The notes under the pieces: generated by a model
Databases searched by the model: none
Told to the model about the DNA's origin: nothing
What the model saw: only the letters and a program-made list of their open reading frames with translations
Part shown: positions 1 to 12,186 of the stretch, piece by piece
How the letters are laid out: each line of letters begins with the position of its first letter
Position numbering within the stretch: the stretch's first letter is position 1
Program-made: the position numbers and the translations under genes
Source: Octopus vulgaris
Lineage: Eukaryota
Assembly: GCA_951406725.2 (NCBI GenBank)
Contig: OX597822.1
Coordinates: forward strand, 28,892,001 to 28,956,000
Direction of reading: 5' to 3'
Length of the DNA stretch: 64,000 bases

Positions 1-382
1 AGTGATGGGGGTATGTTACCAAAAGTCAATTATCCGAGGGAGGTCGTTCACTGAATCTGTTGTGGAATCTCAATTCAGAATGGAATGTAATGGAAAACGG
101 ATGAAACTTAAAGCATAAAATCTGAAAGCTAAAACTTTTTTTTAAAATCTCCTTGCCAATTAGAACGTTGTCACAGATTCAGCAAACAATAGCACTTCTT
201 ATGTCAGGTAACTGGCTTCTTGTACACAATCTTCAGTCTTTTTTTATTTCTGAGGAGACCAAACAATCGTCTCATCGAACGCCAAACATAACAAGAGTCA
301 ATTCGCATAACAGACCCCTTTTCAAGCTAAGAGCGCCGAGTAAATAATAAATATAAACCAAATGTATGTTAACAAATGCTGT

Positions 383-2302
383 TTATTGGATATTTTTTTC
401 AGATGCTGATGGTGATGTACAGTAAAAAGTAGAAATGTTCGAGAAATTCCCAAACTGCAGGCATTTTTTAGCTATTATTCTTGTGGAAAGAAAAGAAAAA
501 CAAACAAATAATCCCAAAAATGAATTACAGATACAGAAAAGGAGAGAAAATTCACTGATTTTTGTGAATGTATACAGGAATCCCAAGATCCATGTTAAAC
601 CCATAACAAGACTGAGCTTGAAGAAAATTTGGAAGTGAATATTATGGTAACTTATTAAATATTTTGCAGAACGCTTCATTTCTAAACGGAGGCCTCTTGA
701 AATAAAAATAAAAGCTAAAATATTAAGTATTAACAGTATTATCACTGGAATTCCAAACACCAATAATAAACACTTTCCATTTGTAATCCAGCATACACCC
801 TTGCCATATGCTGGCGAAATTGCTTTGTTTTCTGGTATATACTCAAGTAGGAGTGACATAGTTACAATTATAAGTGGACTGATCCATGCATATATAGAAT
901 ACGGTAAAAGTTTTTTATTACCCTGATTAGAAATATGAAATTGCATGAATCCTGAGAAAGTGCAGCAGGCATCAAACGATATGACATTCATCCAGAAGAA
1001 CGATGCTAAGAAAGAATAATGCATCAAAACAGCTGTTAAAATACATTGAATAGTATACGGAGGTACATATCTAGAAATAAGAAACAAAACCTCTGCCAAA
1101 AACAGCGATGACAGAAGACTGATTACGAATTTACCTGGTAAAGTACGTAGTTCAGGTATACAGAGATAAGTTACAATTGTTATTAGTAGAGCAGGAACAG
1201 AAATAGTAAGACCTATAAATGTAATATAACTCTCAGATGTAGCATATTTTGATATTGCACCGAAGTCCTTATCTATGCAGATACTTATGCCTTGAGTGTC
1301 CTGGCTGAATTCTGTTCTGTTCAGTAGTCGTTGAGTTTTATTCAAATAAAGCAGACCTTCATCATTGAGGTAATATTCATCATCATTTAGTCTCACTGCA
1401 ATACAATTCATGAGTGAATAGAAGAAAACTGAACGACACTGGTTTTGATAAACATCAAATAATAAATCACTGTTACAGAGAATTGTTTCATGCCTTCCTG
1501 CGCTTCTATTCGTGTCGCCACTCTCTTGAATAGCATTTATGTATTGTAATATATTACTGCTGTGGTCGAATATTATAGTCAATGGATAGGTTCTTTCAAC
1601 CGTTTTGCGACCTGAATTAAAATATGTAGTGTTTAAGGCACTGCATAAAGCACAGTGTCGGTACTTATTTGAAGATGCCAGTGACATAGAATTTGTTTCA
1701 CATAACTCCGATCTATTTTCATGTCGCTCTTTTATAGAACAATTCGAAATATCGTATAAGCATTCATGTAGATTATTAATAAATGTAATATCTGGGACAT
1801 CAAATGAATAAAAGGTACATGTACCATTTGAAAGATACCTTGAAAGTTGCTGATATGTAATATCATTCACATCGCATTCATAAATCGATTTGCCCAAGAT
1901 GTATTCTTGATCGTTGCACAAAGCACAGAATAAGTTCTTGTACAATCTTTTGTCTACTTTCCCGAAAGCTGGTACTTTCAAGATATAATCTTCATCAACA
2001 GAATTTTCACATCTGCTCACATATTCTTTAATAGGGTAACTAGGAAGGCATTTGTCAAGGGCAATGTAATATCCAATTTTCAGTTTCGTACAACTTTGTG
2101 CAGAAATATTTTGACTATGAGAAACATTACGATTAGCTAGGTCTAAACAACAATTCTTAAACAAGTGACATTCAGGTTGACACGAACATTTGTGATATAG
2201 CTCCCATTCTGAGCAAGAAACTGATGTTGCATCATAATACTTACTTTGCAAACATAAATTAGCATTTATAAAAAAGTAGAGGATAAATGAAACCCACTTC
2301 AT
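383..2302 (-). CDS. Intronless family-B (secretin/adhesion/Methuselah-like) GPCR, 639 aa
   Basis: Uninterrupted ORF. Hydrophobic N-terminal signal, Cys-rich ectodomain (somatomedin-B-like CSCQPECHLFKNCCLD; YKNLFCALCN) and seven hydrophobic segments with family-B motifs (LRTLPGK, HYSFLASFFWMN, YAWISP, CWI, KLSLVMGLTWILGF). No GPS motif seen. Confidence 0.9.
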   Translation of the reverse strand: MKWVSFILYFFINANLCLQSKYYDATSVSCSEWELYHKCSCQPECHLFKNCCLDLANRNVSHSQNISAQSCTKLKIGYYIALDKCLPSYPIKEYVSRCENSVDEDYILKVPAFGKVDKRLYKNLFCALCNDQEYILGKSIYECDVNDITYQQLSRYLSNGTCTFYSFDVPDITFINNLHECLYDISNCSIKERHENRSELCETNSMSLASSNKYRHCALCSALNTTYFNSGRKTVERTYPLTIIFDHSSNILQYINAIQESGDTNRSAGRHETILCNSDLLFDVYQNQCRSVFFYSLMNCIAVRLNDDEYYLNDEGLLYLNKTQRLLNRTEFSQDTQGISICIDKDFGAISKYATSESYITFIGLTISVPALLITIVTYLCIPELRTLPGKFVISLLSSLFLAEVLFLISRYVPPYTIQCILTAVLMHYSFLASFFWMNVISFDACCTFSGFMQFHISNQGNKKLLPYSIYAWISPLIIVTMSLLLEYIPENKAISPAYGKGVCWITNGKCLLLVFGIPVIILLILNILAFIFISRGLRLEMKRSAKYLISYHNIHFQIFFKLSLVMGLTWILGFLYTFTKISEFSLLFCICNSFLGLFVCFSFLSTRIIAKKCLQFGNFSNISTFYCTSPSASEKNIQ

Positions 2303-2856
2303 TGTTTATTCTTAAGGATTATTAATTCTGCTTTCTATTATAATAATTTTTTTCGCAACAAAAAAGTAGTATTGTTCAATGATTCCGAATACAATATGAA
2401 TAGTTACTCATTATCAATCTTTAAGTCAACAAACTACGCTACTCTATACTTTCAAATGTTAGCCGATAGGGAACCTTTACGTGGTCGCTCGACCTACCAG
2501 ACATAGCAGCAAAATCACCCTCCCTCAGATCATTTCTTAACCTAAGCACAAGACATTGGATAATTTAGTTTTCTAGATATCTCTAAGAGGATGGGCTGGC
2601 CAAGGCTGGAATACCTTTTATCTCATGTCTACTAGAGCAGCGAATTGGCAGAGTCGTTAGAGCGTCAGAGAGAACACCTTGCTGTATTTGTTTCGATTGT
2701 CTGCGATGTATTTAAATCCTGCGGAGGCCTGCTTTGCTTATCATTCCTTCATAGGCAATAAAGTTACATTCAAGTGATAACTCCTTCTATCACTCTCACT
2801 CTCTCTATCTATCTATCTATCTATTTATTTATATCTATCTCTCCCTCTCTCTCCCT

Positions 2857-2909
<53 letters not shown>

Positions 2910-3600
2910 AAAATGTTACGTTGAAGAACCCAAGAAAAGAAAGTCCATGTCGCAGCCCCACTAATCCTTTTACTACCGCCCAATGAGCGCGATGAGATAA
3001 AAAAAAAGATCTACTCAATCAAGGTTGACTCGATGCTAGACAACTGCAACCACAACAACAGTAATTAATCAAAAGCTCTGATCGGCACTTATACAATCAA
3101 GAAGATATAATTACAATACGATATTTATATTCGTGGTTTCACACTTGAATAAGCTGAGTGTTTAATAGGATTCTTATCAAGAATAAATCGTGTCAATGAC
3201 CTACGGTTGAATTAATAAAGCTTTAGTTCACATTCCTCAAACAGGAATATACTCTGTGGCTACTTCGCAGTTAATATATAACAAAGTGAATGCTTATTGG
3301 CTTCTTGGTAGCAACTTTCACTCACAGTCCAAATTATTATAGAACAAAATACTCCTGCTGCTTTGTGACTTTTCTAATGGAGTTCTCAGTATTTGTCATA
3401 TAAATATCATCCTGGGACATATGGGTTTCAGTTGTGGTTGCCTGGAATAAAATGTTAAGAGATAATTAAATAATCAATATCATAAATAACATACATAATG
3501 TTGAAATATCATTTTATTAAACAAGCATCAATAATGTCAGAAATATATATATCAGAAATAAGCAGAGTTAAGCATGTAATTAAGCATGATGATGATGATG

Positions 3601-3682
<82 letters not shown>

Positions 3683-3684
<2 letters not shown>

Positions 3685-4160
3685 CGAGAAAGCAACCATA
3701 CTCTGGGATATGCCGATACACACAGATAGAGAAATTAAGGCCAACAGACCAGATATAGTTGACAGAGATCATGAAGAAAAAAATGCTTTCTAATTGATGT
3801 ATCAATACCGGCTGATGACAACGTGTCTCTAAAAGAAATGGAGAAACTCTCAAAATACAAAGACCTGGAAATAGAGGTAACTAGAATGTGGAATCTGAAA
3901 ACAGAAACAATTCCTATCATAGTAGGTGCATTAGGCATGATAAAAAAATATTCAGACAAATACATAACAAAAACACCAGGACTTACAAACACATATAACA
4001 TACAGAAAATTGCACTACTAGGCACTGCACACATCCTACGCAGAACACTTTCCATACAATAACTATCAGAGCATCACAACAAATCACAGCACATACCCAA
4101 GGCACACAGAGCTGTGCTCGGTAGTGAAGTGAAAGCACGCTATAAAAATAAAACTACTGA
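3683..4160 (+). mobile_element. 5'-truncated Dong/R4-type LINE (RLE endonuclease end plus 3'UTR) inserted in (TAA)n
   Basis: Translates to TILWDMPIHTDREIKANRPDIV..FLIDVSIP..KLSKYKDLEIEV..IPIIVGALG..QKIALLGTAHILR; (TAA)n on both sides. Confidence 0.85.
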
Positions 4161-4168
4161 ATAATAAC

Positions 4169-4310
<142 letters not shown>

Positions 4311-4331
4311 TTAATAATAATAATAATAATG

Positions 4332-4395
<64 letters not shown>

Positions 4396-4451
4396 TAATA
4401 ATGATAATAATGATAATAATAATAATGATAATAATAATAATAATAATAATA

Positions 4452-5067
4452 GGGATGGGCTACTCAACCTGAAGAAAATTCTAACTGGGCCCCACCTGCA
4501 AGGTCATGTGCTGTTTATCTTGATATGAGATCACCATGTCGCGCACATATGGTTGTGATGCATGTGCCTGGTGTACCTTTATCAGACGGGTAGTCATGAT
4601 GGGTATATTGGGCTTCGTATATTTTACCCCAGTGTCACTTTGATGGCATGAACTGCTCTCTCACTCAATAATAATAATAATAATAATTGTTTTGTCTTGG
4701 TATAAAACCTTAACCAGTTGACCATGTCCCTTAGTGGCTGACGATATGTGCATCTCTGACCACGAGCAGAAGTAGTGGAGGAGCATCATAGCCGTGTGTT
4801 GAAAGGAATTCTTAGAGGTTTGGATAATTCACCTTTGGAAACATGGGTGGTTCGTTCAACATCCTCGACCAGAAGAAAATTCTAACTGGACCTCACCTGC
4901 AAGGTCATGCGCTGTTTATCTTGATATGAGATCACCATATTGCACACATATGGTTGTGATGCATATACCTGGTCTACCCTTATCAGTCGGGTAGTCATGA
5001 TGGGTATACTGGCCTTCGTATATTTTACCCCAGTGTCACTTTGATGGCATGCACTGCTCTTTCATTC

Positions 5068-5142
<75 letters not shown>

Positions 5143-5522
5143 TGTTTTGTCTTGGTATAAAACCTTAACCAGTTGACCATGTCCCTTAGTGGCTGACGAT
5201 ATGTGCATCTCTGACCACGAGCAGAAGTAGTGGAGGAGCATCATAGCCGTGTGTTGAAAGGAATTCTTAGAGGTTTGGATAATTCACCTTTGGAAACATG
5301 GGTGGTTCGTTCAACATCCTCGAGCAGAAGAAAATTCTAACTGAACCTCACCTGCAAGGTCATGCGCTGTTTATCTTGATATGAGATCACCATATCGCAC
5401 ACATATGGTTGTGATGCATATACCTGGTCTACCCTTATCAGTCGGGTAGTCATGATGGGTATACTGGCCTTTGTATATTTTACCCCAGTGTCACTTTGAT
5501 GGCATGCACTGCTCTTTCACTC

Positions 5523-5582
<60 letters not shown>

Positions 5583-5606
5583 TGTTTTGTCTTGGTATAA
5601 AACCTT
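4452..5606. repeat. Local tandem array (~2.5 copies, ~400-455 bp period) of a composite repeat-fragment unit with a variable (TAA)n tract
   Basis: GAAGAAAATTCTAACTG recurs at 4471, 4872 and 5327; TGTTTTGTCTTGGTATAAAACCTTA follows each TAA tract. Confidence 0.85.
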
Positions 5607-5675
5607 ATAATGATGATGATGATGATGATGATGATCAGTTTTTTGGGTTTACTCTGTTCTCATGTCAATTCCGAT

Positions 5676-5810
<135 letters not shown>

Positions 5811-5838
5811 GAGTAATGATGATGATGATGATGATGAT

Positions 5839-6082
5839 GATATCGGAATTGACATGAGAACAGAGTAAGCCCAAAAAACTGCTCTGCTGGGGACTGCTAA
5901 GATTTTGAGATTGGTATTTGAATGTTGAATGTTTCCCACGATAATTAACAACCAAGTATCGAAGCTTATAATGTACAGAAAGATACCCTGTGAGATCTCT
6001 GACATCAGGCTGCTGTCCGCTCACACAGAATCTACCAGAACAAACAAGACCGAGCGATCTGAGAAGTAAAACAATAATAATT
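5839..6082 (+). mobile_element. 3' fragment of a second Dong/R4-like LINE family
   Basis: Encodes GIDMRTE*AQKTALLGTAKILR, followed by a 3'UTR; related to the minus-strand copy at ~37.0-37.46 kb. Confidence 0.65.
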
Positions 6083-6439
6083 GATAACCGCAAAGCTTAC
6101 GACTTGATCCCACATTCTTCGATCATTGAGTGCTTGGATATGTTTGGAATTTCAAGGAAGAGTTTCTGACATTATCAAAATACTATAATTTGGTGGGCAG
6201 GGTTAGTAGTACGATGTAATCTCGAATATAATGCGAATCACCATCGCCACCATCACCCTCGTATACACAACATAGTTTATCTTTAATAAATCGACCCCAG
6301 CGCTTATATATTTCTTAAAGGCTGGTACTTATTCTATCGTTCTCTATTGCTGAATCGCTAAGTTATGCGAGTATCAACAAACCAACACCGGTTATCAAGC
6401 GAGGAGAGGGACAAACATAGACAGAGATACAAACGCCCA

Positions 6440-6506
<67 letters not shown>

Positions 6507-6829
6507 TCGACAGACTTCCACACTGTTTCCGTCTACTAAATCCACTTACAGGCATAGGTCGGCTATAGAAGAAGACTATTGGTGAAGACGCCAAACAAAG
6601 ATTGAAACTGAAACTGAATGGTCGCAAAGCGATCTTCTTAACCACACAGCCATGCCTGCGCCAATAGTTTTTGTTTGTTTGTTTGTGTTTGTTTTTTCAA
6701 GGGATGTTATACAGCTCTAAAATTTAAAACGCATAAAACAAACACTAAAACCAGTCAGCCTGCCACGATTGCTGAGTAACCTCTGTTTAAAGCTTCTGAG
6801 ACAAGACTGTTATTTATGTATGCGCCCTT

Positions 6830-7128
6830 TTCAAGCCTAGCCAGGCTCATGGCCCCGGTTTCTGTGGCGCATGTGTTCCACACACACACACACCCAGCTG
6901 GACGGGACGCCAGTCCATCGCAGCGTTACCCAAGAAACAGGAAGAAAGAGTGAGAGAAAGCTGCGGCGAAAGAGTACAACAGGGCTCGCCACCACCCGCT
7001 TCCAGACCCTCGTGGAGCTTTTAGGTGCTTTCGCTCAATAAGCACACACAACGCCCGGTCTGGGAATCGAAACCGCGGTCCTCCGACCGCGAGTCCGCTG
7101 CCCTAACCACTGGGCCATTGCACCTCTA
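6830..7128 (-). mobile_element. tRNA-derived SINE
   Basis: Minus-strand head TGGCCCAGTGGTTAGGGCAGCGGACTC..GTTTCGATTCCC (A/B boxes); same head at 24.7, 34.07 and 38.8 kb. Confidence 0.8.
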
Positions 7129-7666
7129 CGAGCGAAGACTCTAGCATACGTAAAAATGCTAATTTTGTTTTTTTTTAATGCGTTTATCATTTAAAACCAT
7201 CGTAATCCGATTCCACGCTTCTGGTTCTTCAAATAATTTTCGCTGTTCTTCTAAATTTAGCACTCCATCAGTGTCACTTCCTATCATTTCATCATATTCT
7301 TCATCTATGCTTGCAATGAGGACTGTAGCAACATACTGATCATTCCACAACACTTTATCTTCTGCTCTATCCAATTCGTGTTGATGCCAGTCTTTGAAAA
7401 GCTCATAGAAACCATATGTTCAAGCAAAACATTCCAAGTTACATTAACACCTATTCGGGGATTTGGAGGTTAGGTTGCTATTTAAGATTATCTCCTACAG
7501 ATTTTTCATTTTATTCTGCAATATATAAGATGGCGCCACGGTATCCTGTACTTTAGGTCCTAGTATTGTAAACAATACAAATGAAGTAATTTTTTGTTTA
7601 CTTACATACATTTATTATAACGGTGTATTCTGTTTTTGCTTGCGTGTGTGTTTGAATATGTGGATG

Positions 7667-7747
<81 letters not shown>

Positions 7748-8000
7748 TGTGTGTGTGTGTTTTAGTGTTCTGCTCGCAAGGTTTTTCATGAACAATTCGA
7801 CCCGAGTGCTAATGTATCATTTTTTTTTTGTCTGATAGTTATTCTACCGATCTATTTTGCCGAACCACTAAGTCACAGTGATGAAAGCAAACCAACACCG
7901 ATTGTCAAGCAGTGACGGGGACAAACACGGATAAAAAAACACACAATATATGTGTATGTATATGTATGTATTTATACGTGTGCATATGTATGTATATATA

Positions 8001-8048
<48 letters not shown>

Positions 8049-8052
<4 letters not shown>

Positions 8053-8708
8053 TGTTGGACAAAATAATAGCATCATAGCATCATAATTTTGAAATATCTA
8101 TAAAACCGTCAAAAGCTTTTTTTTTTATTTTTATGTTGTTTTTTTTTTATTATTAGTGTTGCTTAATATGTTTTGCTAAAATTGCTGTTTCTTTTCAGAT
8201 ATCATCAGAAAAAGGTAATTAAAATTCATTAAAATGACAGATCTATCGGACTTTCAAAGAGGTCAAATTGTTGGTGCTCGTATGGCAGGCGCTAGCGCAA
8301 CGAAAACAGCCGAAATCTTTGGTGTATCAAGAAATACAGTCTCAAAAGTAATTACAGCCTTGAGAAAGAGGGGGAAATCTCCTCATCGAAACAAAACTCC
8401 GGAAGAAAACTAAAACTTTCAGATCGGGACCGTCGGACTCTTACGAGAATTGTTAGAAAGGATCACAAAAGTACAGTTTTTAGAAAAACAAGTAAGGAGT
8501 CGATATCCTCCACCATCATCACTACAAGAACTGGAGACTGTTTTAGCTGAATAATGGACAAAAATTCCTTTGGAAACAATTCAAACTTTGTACGAGTCCA
8601 TACCTTGTAGAATTCAAGCTGCAATTACTGCCAAAGGTGGTCCTACCCCATATTAAAATAAATTAGTTTGAAATTTTAAGGTGTTTCCATTATTTTGTCC
8701 AACCCCTG
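8049..8708 (+). mobile_element. Internally deleted Tc1-like DNA transposon in (TA)n
   Basis: TIR cores GTTGGACAAAATAAT / ATTATTTTGTCCAAC, TA flanks; transposase HTH remnant MTDLSDFQRGQIVGARMAGASATKTAEIFGVSRNTVSKV from 8234. Confidence 0.85.
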
Positions 8709-9227
8709 TATATATATATATATATATATATATGATGGGCTTTTACACAGTTTCCATCTGCCAAATTCATTCACAAGGCATTGGTCAACACTTACCCAAG
8801 ATTCTGTGCAATGAGACTAACCGCGAAACCACGTAGTTTCAAAGCGATCTTCTTAACCACACTGTTTTTATTCAGAGGGTTTCTGCATCTAGAACTTCGT
8901 TTGGGAACAGAAATCCAAATAGGAATTTCACTGCTGCCGTTTTGAATCACAATAGATCTTCGCAGTCTCCATCCAAATAAAAGTCGTTTATTCATGTCTG
9001 GGACCACTAACTTGGAATGACCCTAGCTCCATCAAACAAGAGTATAAAGCCATGTGAGGCCAAGCCTAGTGTTGTAAACGGACATAACGCATTTGTTATT
9101 TTCTACCAGAATGTTTATATCTTCATTTCTAAATATAAACAATTCAGACGACACCATATAATTTATTTAACCCTTTGCTTGTATTGTGTATCACATGTCA
9201 CAGACAGGACATATTTCCCTGGCATCT

Positions 9228-9561
9228 GGTGACCCCCTTCGGTCAGACACTGACCATGGGTTTGCACCTAGAGAGTTACCCTCTGAGGCACAAGTCTGGG
9301 CAAGGTTGTTTAATGGAAGACCAGCAGTCGCCCATGCATACCGGCCTCCCCTCTCCATGTCACCGATGTTGTCCAAGGGAAAAGCAAGGGCCGATACAGC
9401 TTGGCACCTGTGACGTCGCAACTCATTTCTACAGCTGAGTGAACTGGAGCAACGTGAAATAAAGTGTCTTGCTCAAGAACACAACACGCAGCCCGGTCCG
9501 GGATTCGAGCTCACAACCTCACGATCGTAAGCTCGACGCTCTAACCACTGAGCCACGCGCC
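9228..9561 (-). mobile_element. tRNA-derived SINE with 13-bp target-site duplication
   Basis: Head GGCGCGTGGCTCAGTGGTTAGAGCG on the minus strand; TSD TTCCCTGGCATCT at 9215-9227 and 9562-9574. Confidence 0.85.
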
Positions 9562-9715
9562 TTCCCTGGCATCTATACATATATGAAACATATTTCCAAT
9601 TTTTTTTAAGATTTATACTACTCATAACGTAAAACCTGAAAACTAACATGGATATTTAGGATAGACTTATGAAAATGCTTTGGACAAGCAAAGGATTAAG
9701 TTTACAGAATATATA

Positions 9716-9942
9716 TTTCTTTACTACCCACAAGGTAGTAAAGAGAGGACAAACAAGGACAGACAAACGGATTAAGTCGATTGCATCGACCCCAGTGCGT
9801 TACTGGTACTTAATTTATCGACCCCGAAAGGATGAAAGGTAAAGTCGACCTCGGCGGTATTTGAACTCAGAACGTAACGGCAGACGAAATACGGCTACGC
9901 ATTTCGCCCGGCGTGCTAACGATACTGCCAGCTCGCCGCCTT
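9716..9942 (-). mobile_element. SINE with Meta-like core (many copies in window)
   Basis: Minus-strand GGCGGCGAGCTGGCAG..GTTCAAAT..GTCGACTTT(A/G)CCTTTCATCCTTTCGGGGTCGATAAATTAAGTACC; also at ~22.7, 26.2, 27.7, 46.0-46.7, 49.5 and 61.5-62.2 kb. Confidence 0.8.
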
Positions 9943-10288
9943 CAAGTTTACAGAATATAATCTGCAGAATGTCTCCGATTTAATTCCTGGATTCTTATTT
10001 TAGAAATCTAATAAACAGGATATTGCAATTACCATGCAGACTCGAGACGTCCATAAATAAATACTGTTAAACATTTATCTGGTAGCCTACATTTTTTGTA
10101 AGTTGACTAATCATTTCATATATGTTGCAACAGCTACTGCTTCTACGGCTGCTGTTGTCCTCGTCTTTGTCTAACCCCAGTTTATCTCTGACCTATGATC
10201 AAAAATAGTCCATCCCAGACGTTCTTGTATTTTATTCAAACGGTATATCTAAGATTACATTATCCAATGCGTACTTCCTGAATGTGAA

Positions 10289-10605
10289 GGCGCGTGGCTC
10301 AGTGGTTAGAGCGTCGAGCTTACGATCGTGAGGTTGTGAGTTCGTGTTGTGTTCTTGAGCAAGACACTTTATTTCACATTGCTCCAGTTAACTCAGCTGT
10401 AGAAATGAGTTGCGACGTCACGGGTGCCAAGCTGTATCGGCTGCTGCCTTTCCCTTAGATAACACTGGTGGCGTGGAGAGGGGAGGCCGGTATGCATGGG
10501 CGACTGCTGGTCTTCCATAAACCACCTTGCCCAGACTTGTGACTAGGAGGGTAACTTTCTAGGTGCAATCCCATGGTCAGTGTCGTGACTGAAGGGGGTC
10601 CCGAT
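10289..10605 (+). mobile_element. tRNA-derived SINE, same family as 9228-9561, opposite orientation
   Basis: Same head and tail sequence; flanking duplication TACTTCCTGAAT. Confidence 0.8.
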
Positions 10606-11033
10606 CGATCTACTTCCTGAATTGTGAGAGATTTGACACATTCTTCTAGAAAACTGAAGTAATGGAGTAAGTTCACATGCGGAAAAAACTTCGTTCGCAT
10701 TTTAAATTTGATATCACGAGCTGACGAAATCTCCAAAACCCTCACACGAGAAAATAACGGTTTAAGTTTTAAGTAAGATACCATTATACCATGTTCTACC
10801 TATTCTTTTTTTTTTCAGTCATTTGAGTGCAGCCATGCTGGAGCACCACCTTTAGCGGAACAAATCGACACCAGGACTTATTCCTTGTAAGCCTAGTACT
10901 TATTTTATCGGTCTCATTTGACGAAATGCTATCTTACAGGGACGTAAACACACCAGCATCGGTTGTCAAGCGATGGTGGGGGGACAAACACAAACGCACA
11001 AACACACACACGCGCACGCACGCACACGCACAT

Positions 11034-11101
<68 letters not shown>

Positions 11102-11624
11102 GTAGGTATAGGTATATGTATAAATACGACGGGCTTCTTTCAGTTTCCGTCTACCAAATCCGCTCACAAGGTTTTGGTCGGTCTGAGGCTATAGTAGAAG
11201 ACACTTGCACAAGGTGCCATCTAGTGGGACTGAACCCGGAACAATGTGCTTGGTAAGCAAACTACTTATCACATAGCCACCCCCTGCACCTATGAATCTG
11301 TAAGAAATATTTACTCAGCACATATTTTTTTTTTTTTGCATGTTTATTATCCACTTGAAATTCACTCTGTAACAAAAATGGTTCCTCGCTACGGAAATAA
11401 AAAAAATTGCCCCACCACTATCATAGACGCTCTTATACTGACTCAAGTTTGCTGCGTTGTCAAGGCGACACTCAAGACTGGGTAAGATAGTTTTGATGTC
11501 ACATGCAGAGAAGGTCGTTGCTATTAAACTAATAGCAGATAAAGCTGCGATTAAAATGATTTAAGAGTAATCGTTTGCATTTAGATTTATAAAAGAATAA
11601 ATTTACATATGTACACGTACGAAT

Positions 11625-11670
<46 letters not shown>

Positions 11671-12148
11671 GACAGAATGCCTTACGATCTTTTTGTTCCG
11701 CTTACCTAAGCTCTAAATTCAAATATCGGTTTCAAACTTTGGCAGGAGGCCAGTAATTTCGGAGGTGGAGCTGTGTTGATTACTTCGACCCCAGTTCTCA
11801 GCTTGTACTTATTTTATCTACCCTGAAAGGATGAAAGGCCAAGTCGACCTTGGAGGAATTTGAACTCTAATAGAAGCTTCTAAATGGAAGTGAAGGTACC
11901 ATGTTCTTTGTCTATCTCCTTAACCTCTTGGAGATTTTAGGTAAAATTATACTAATGTGACCATCTGTTTTAATTTAATTAAATTCTATGTCTTTGTGCT
12001 CTACATTTAAATTGATGTAATGGTTGCATTGTTCAATTAAATGGAGTTGCGTGAAACGATCGTACTGGATATCCTTGTTGCGTATTTTGATTCTAATCAC
12101 CTTATTTTGAAATTCTATGGATAATACCGTACTAATTTCTGGTGCCTC

Positions 12149-12181
<33 letters not shown>

Positions 12182-12186
<5 letters not shown>

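Noticed and set aside
7159-7420. Acidic 71-aa minus-strand ORF as an exon
   Set aside because: No recognisable motif or convincing splice sites; it cannot be assigned without a database search.
8187-8208. Hammerhead-like CTGATGA..GAAAC on the minus strand
   Set aside because: No stem II pairing and no stem III/NUH; it lies inside the Tc1 element.
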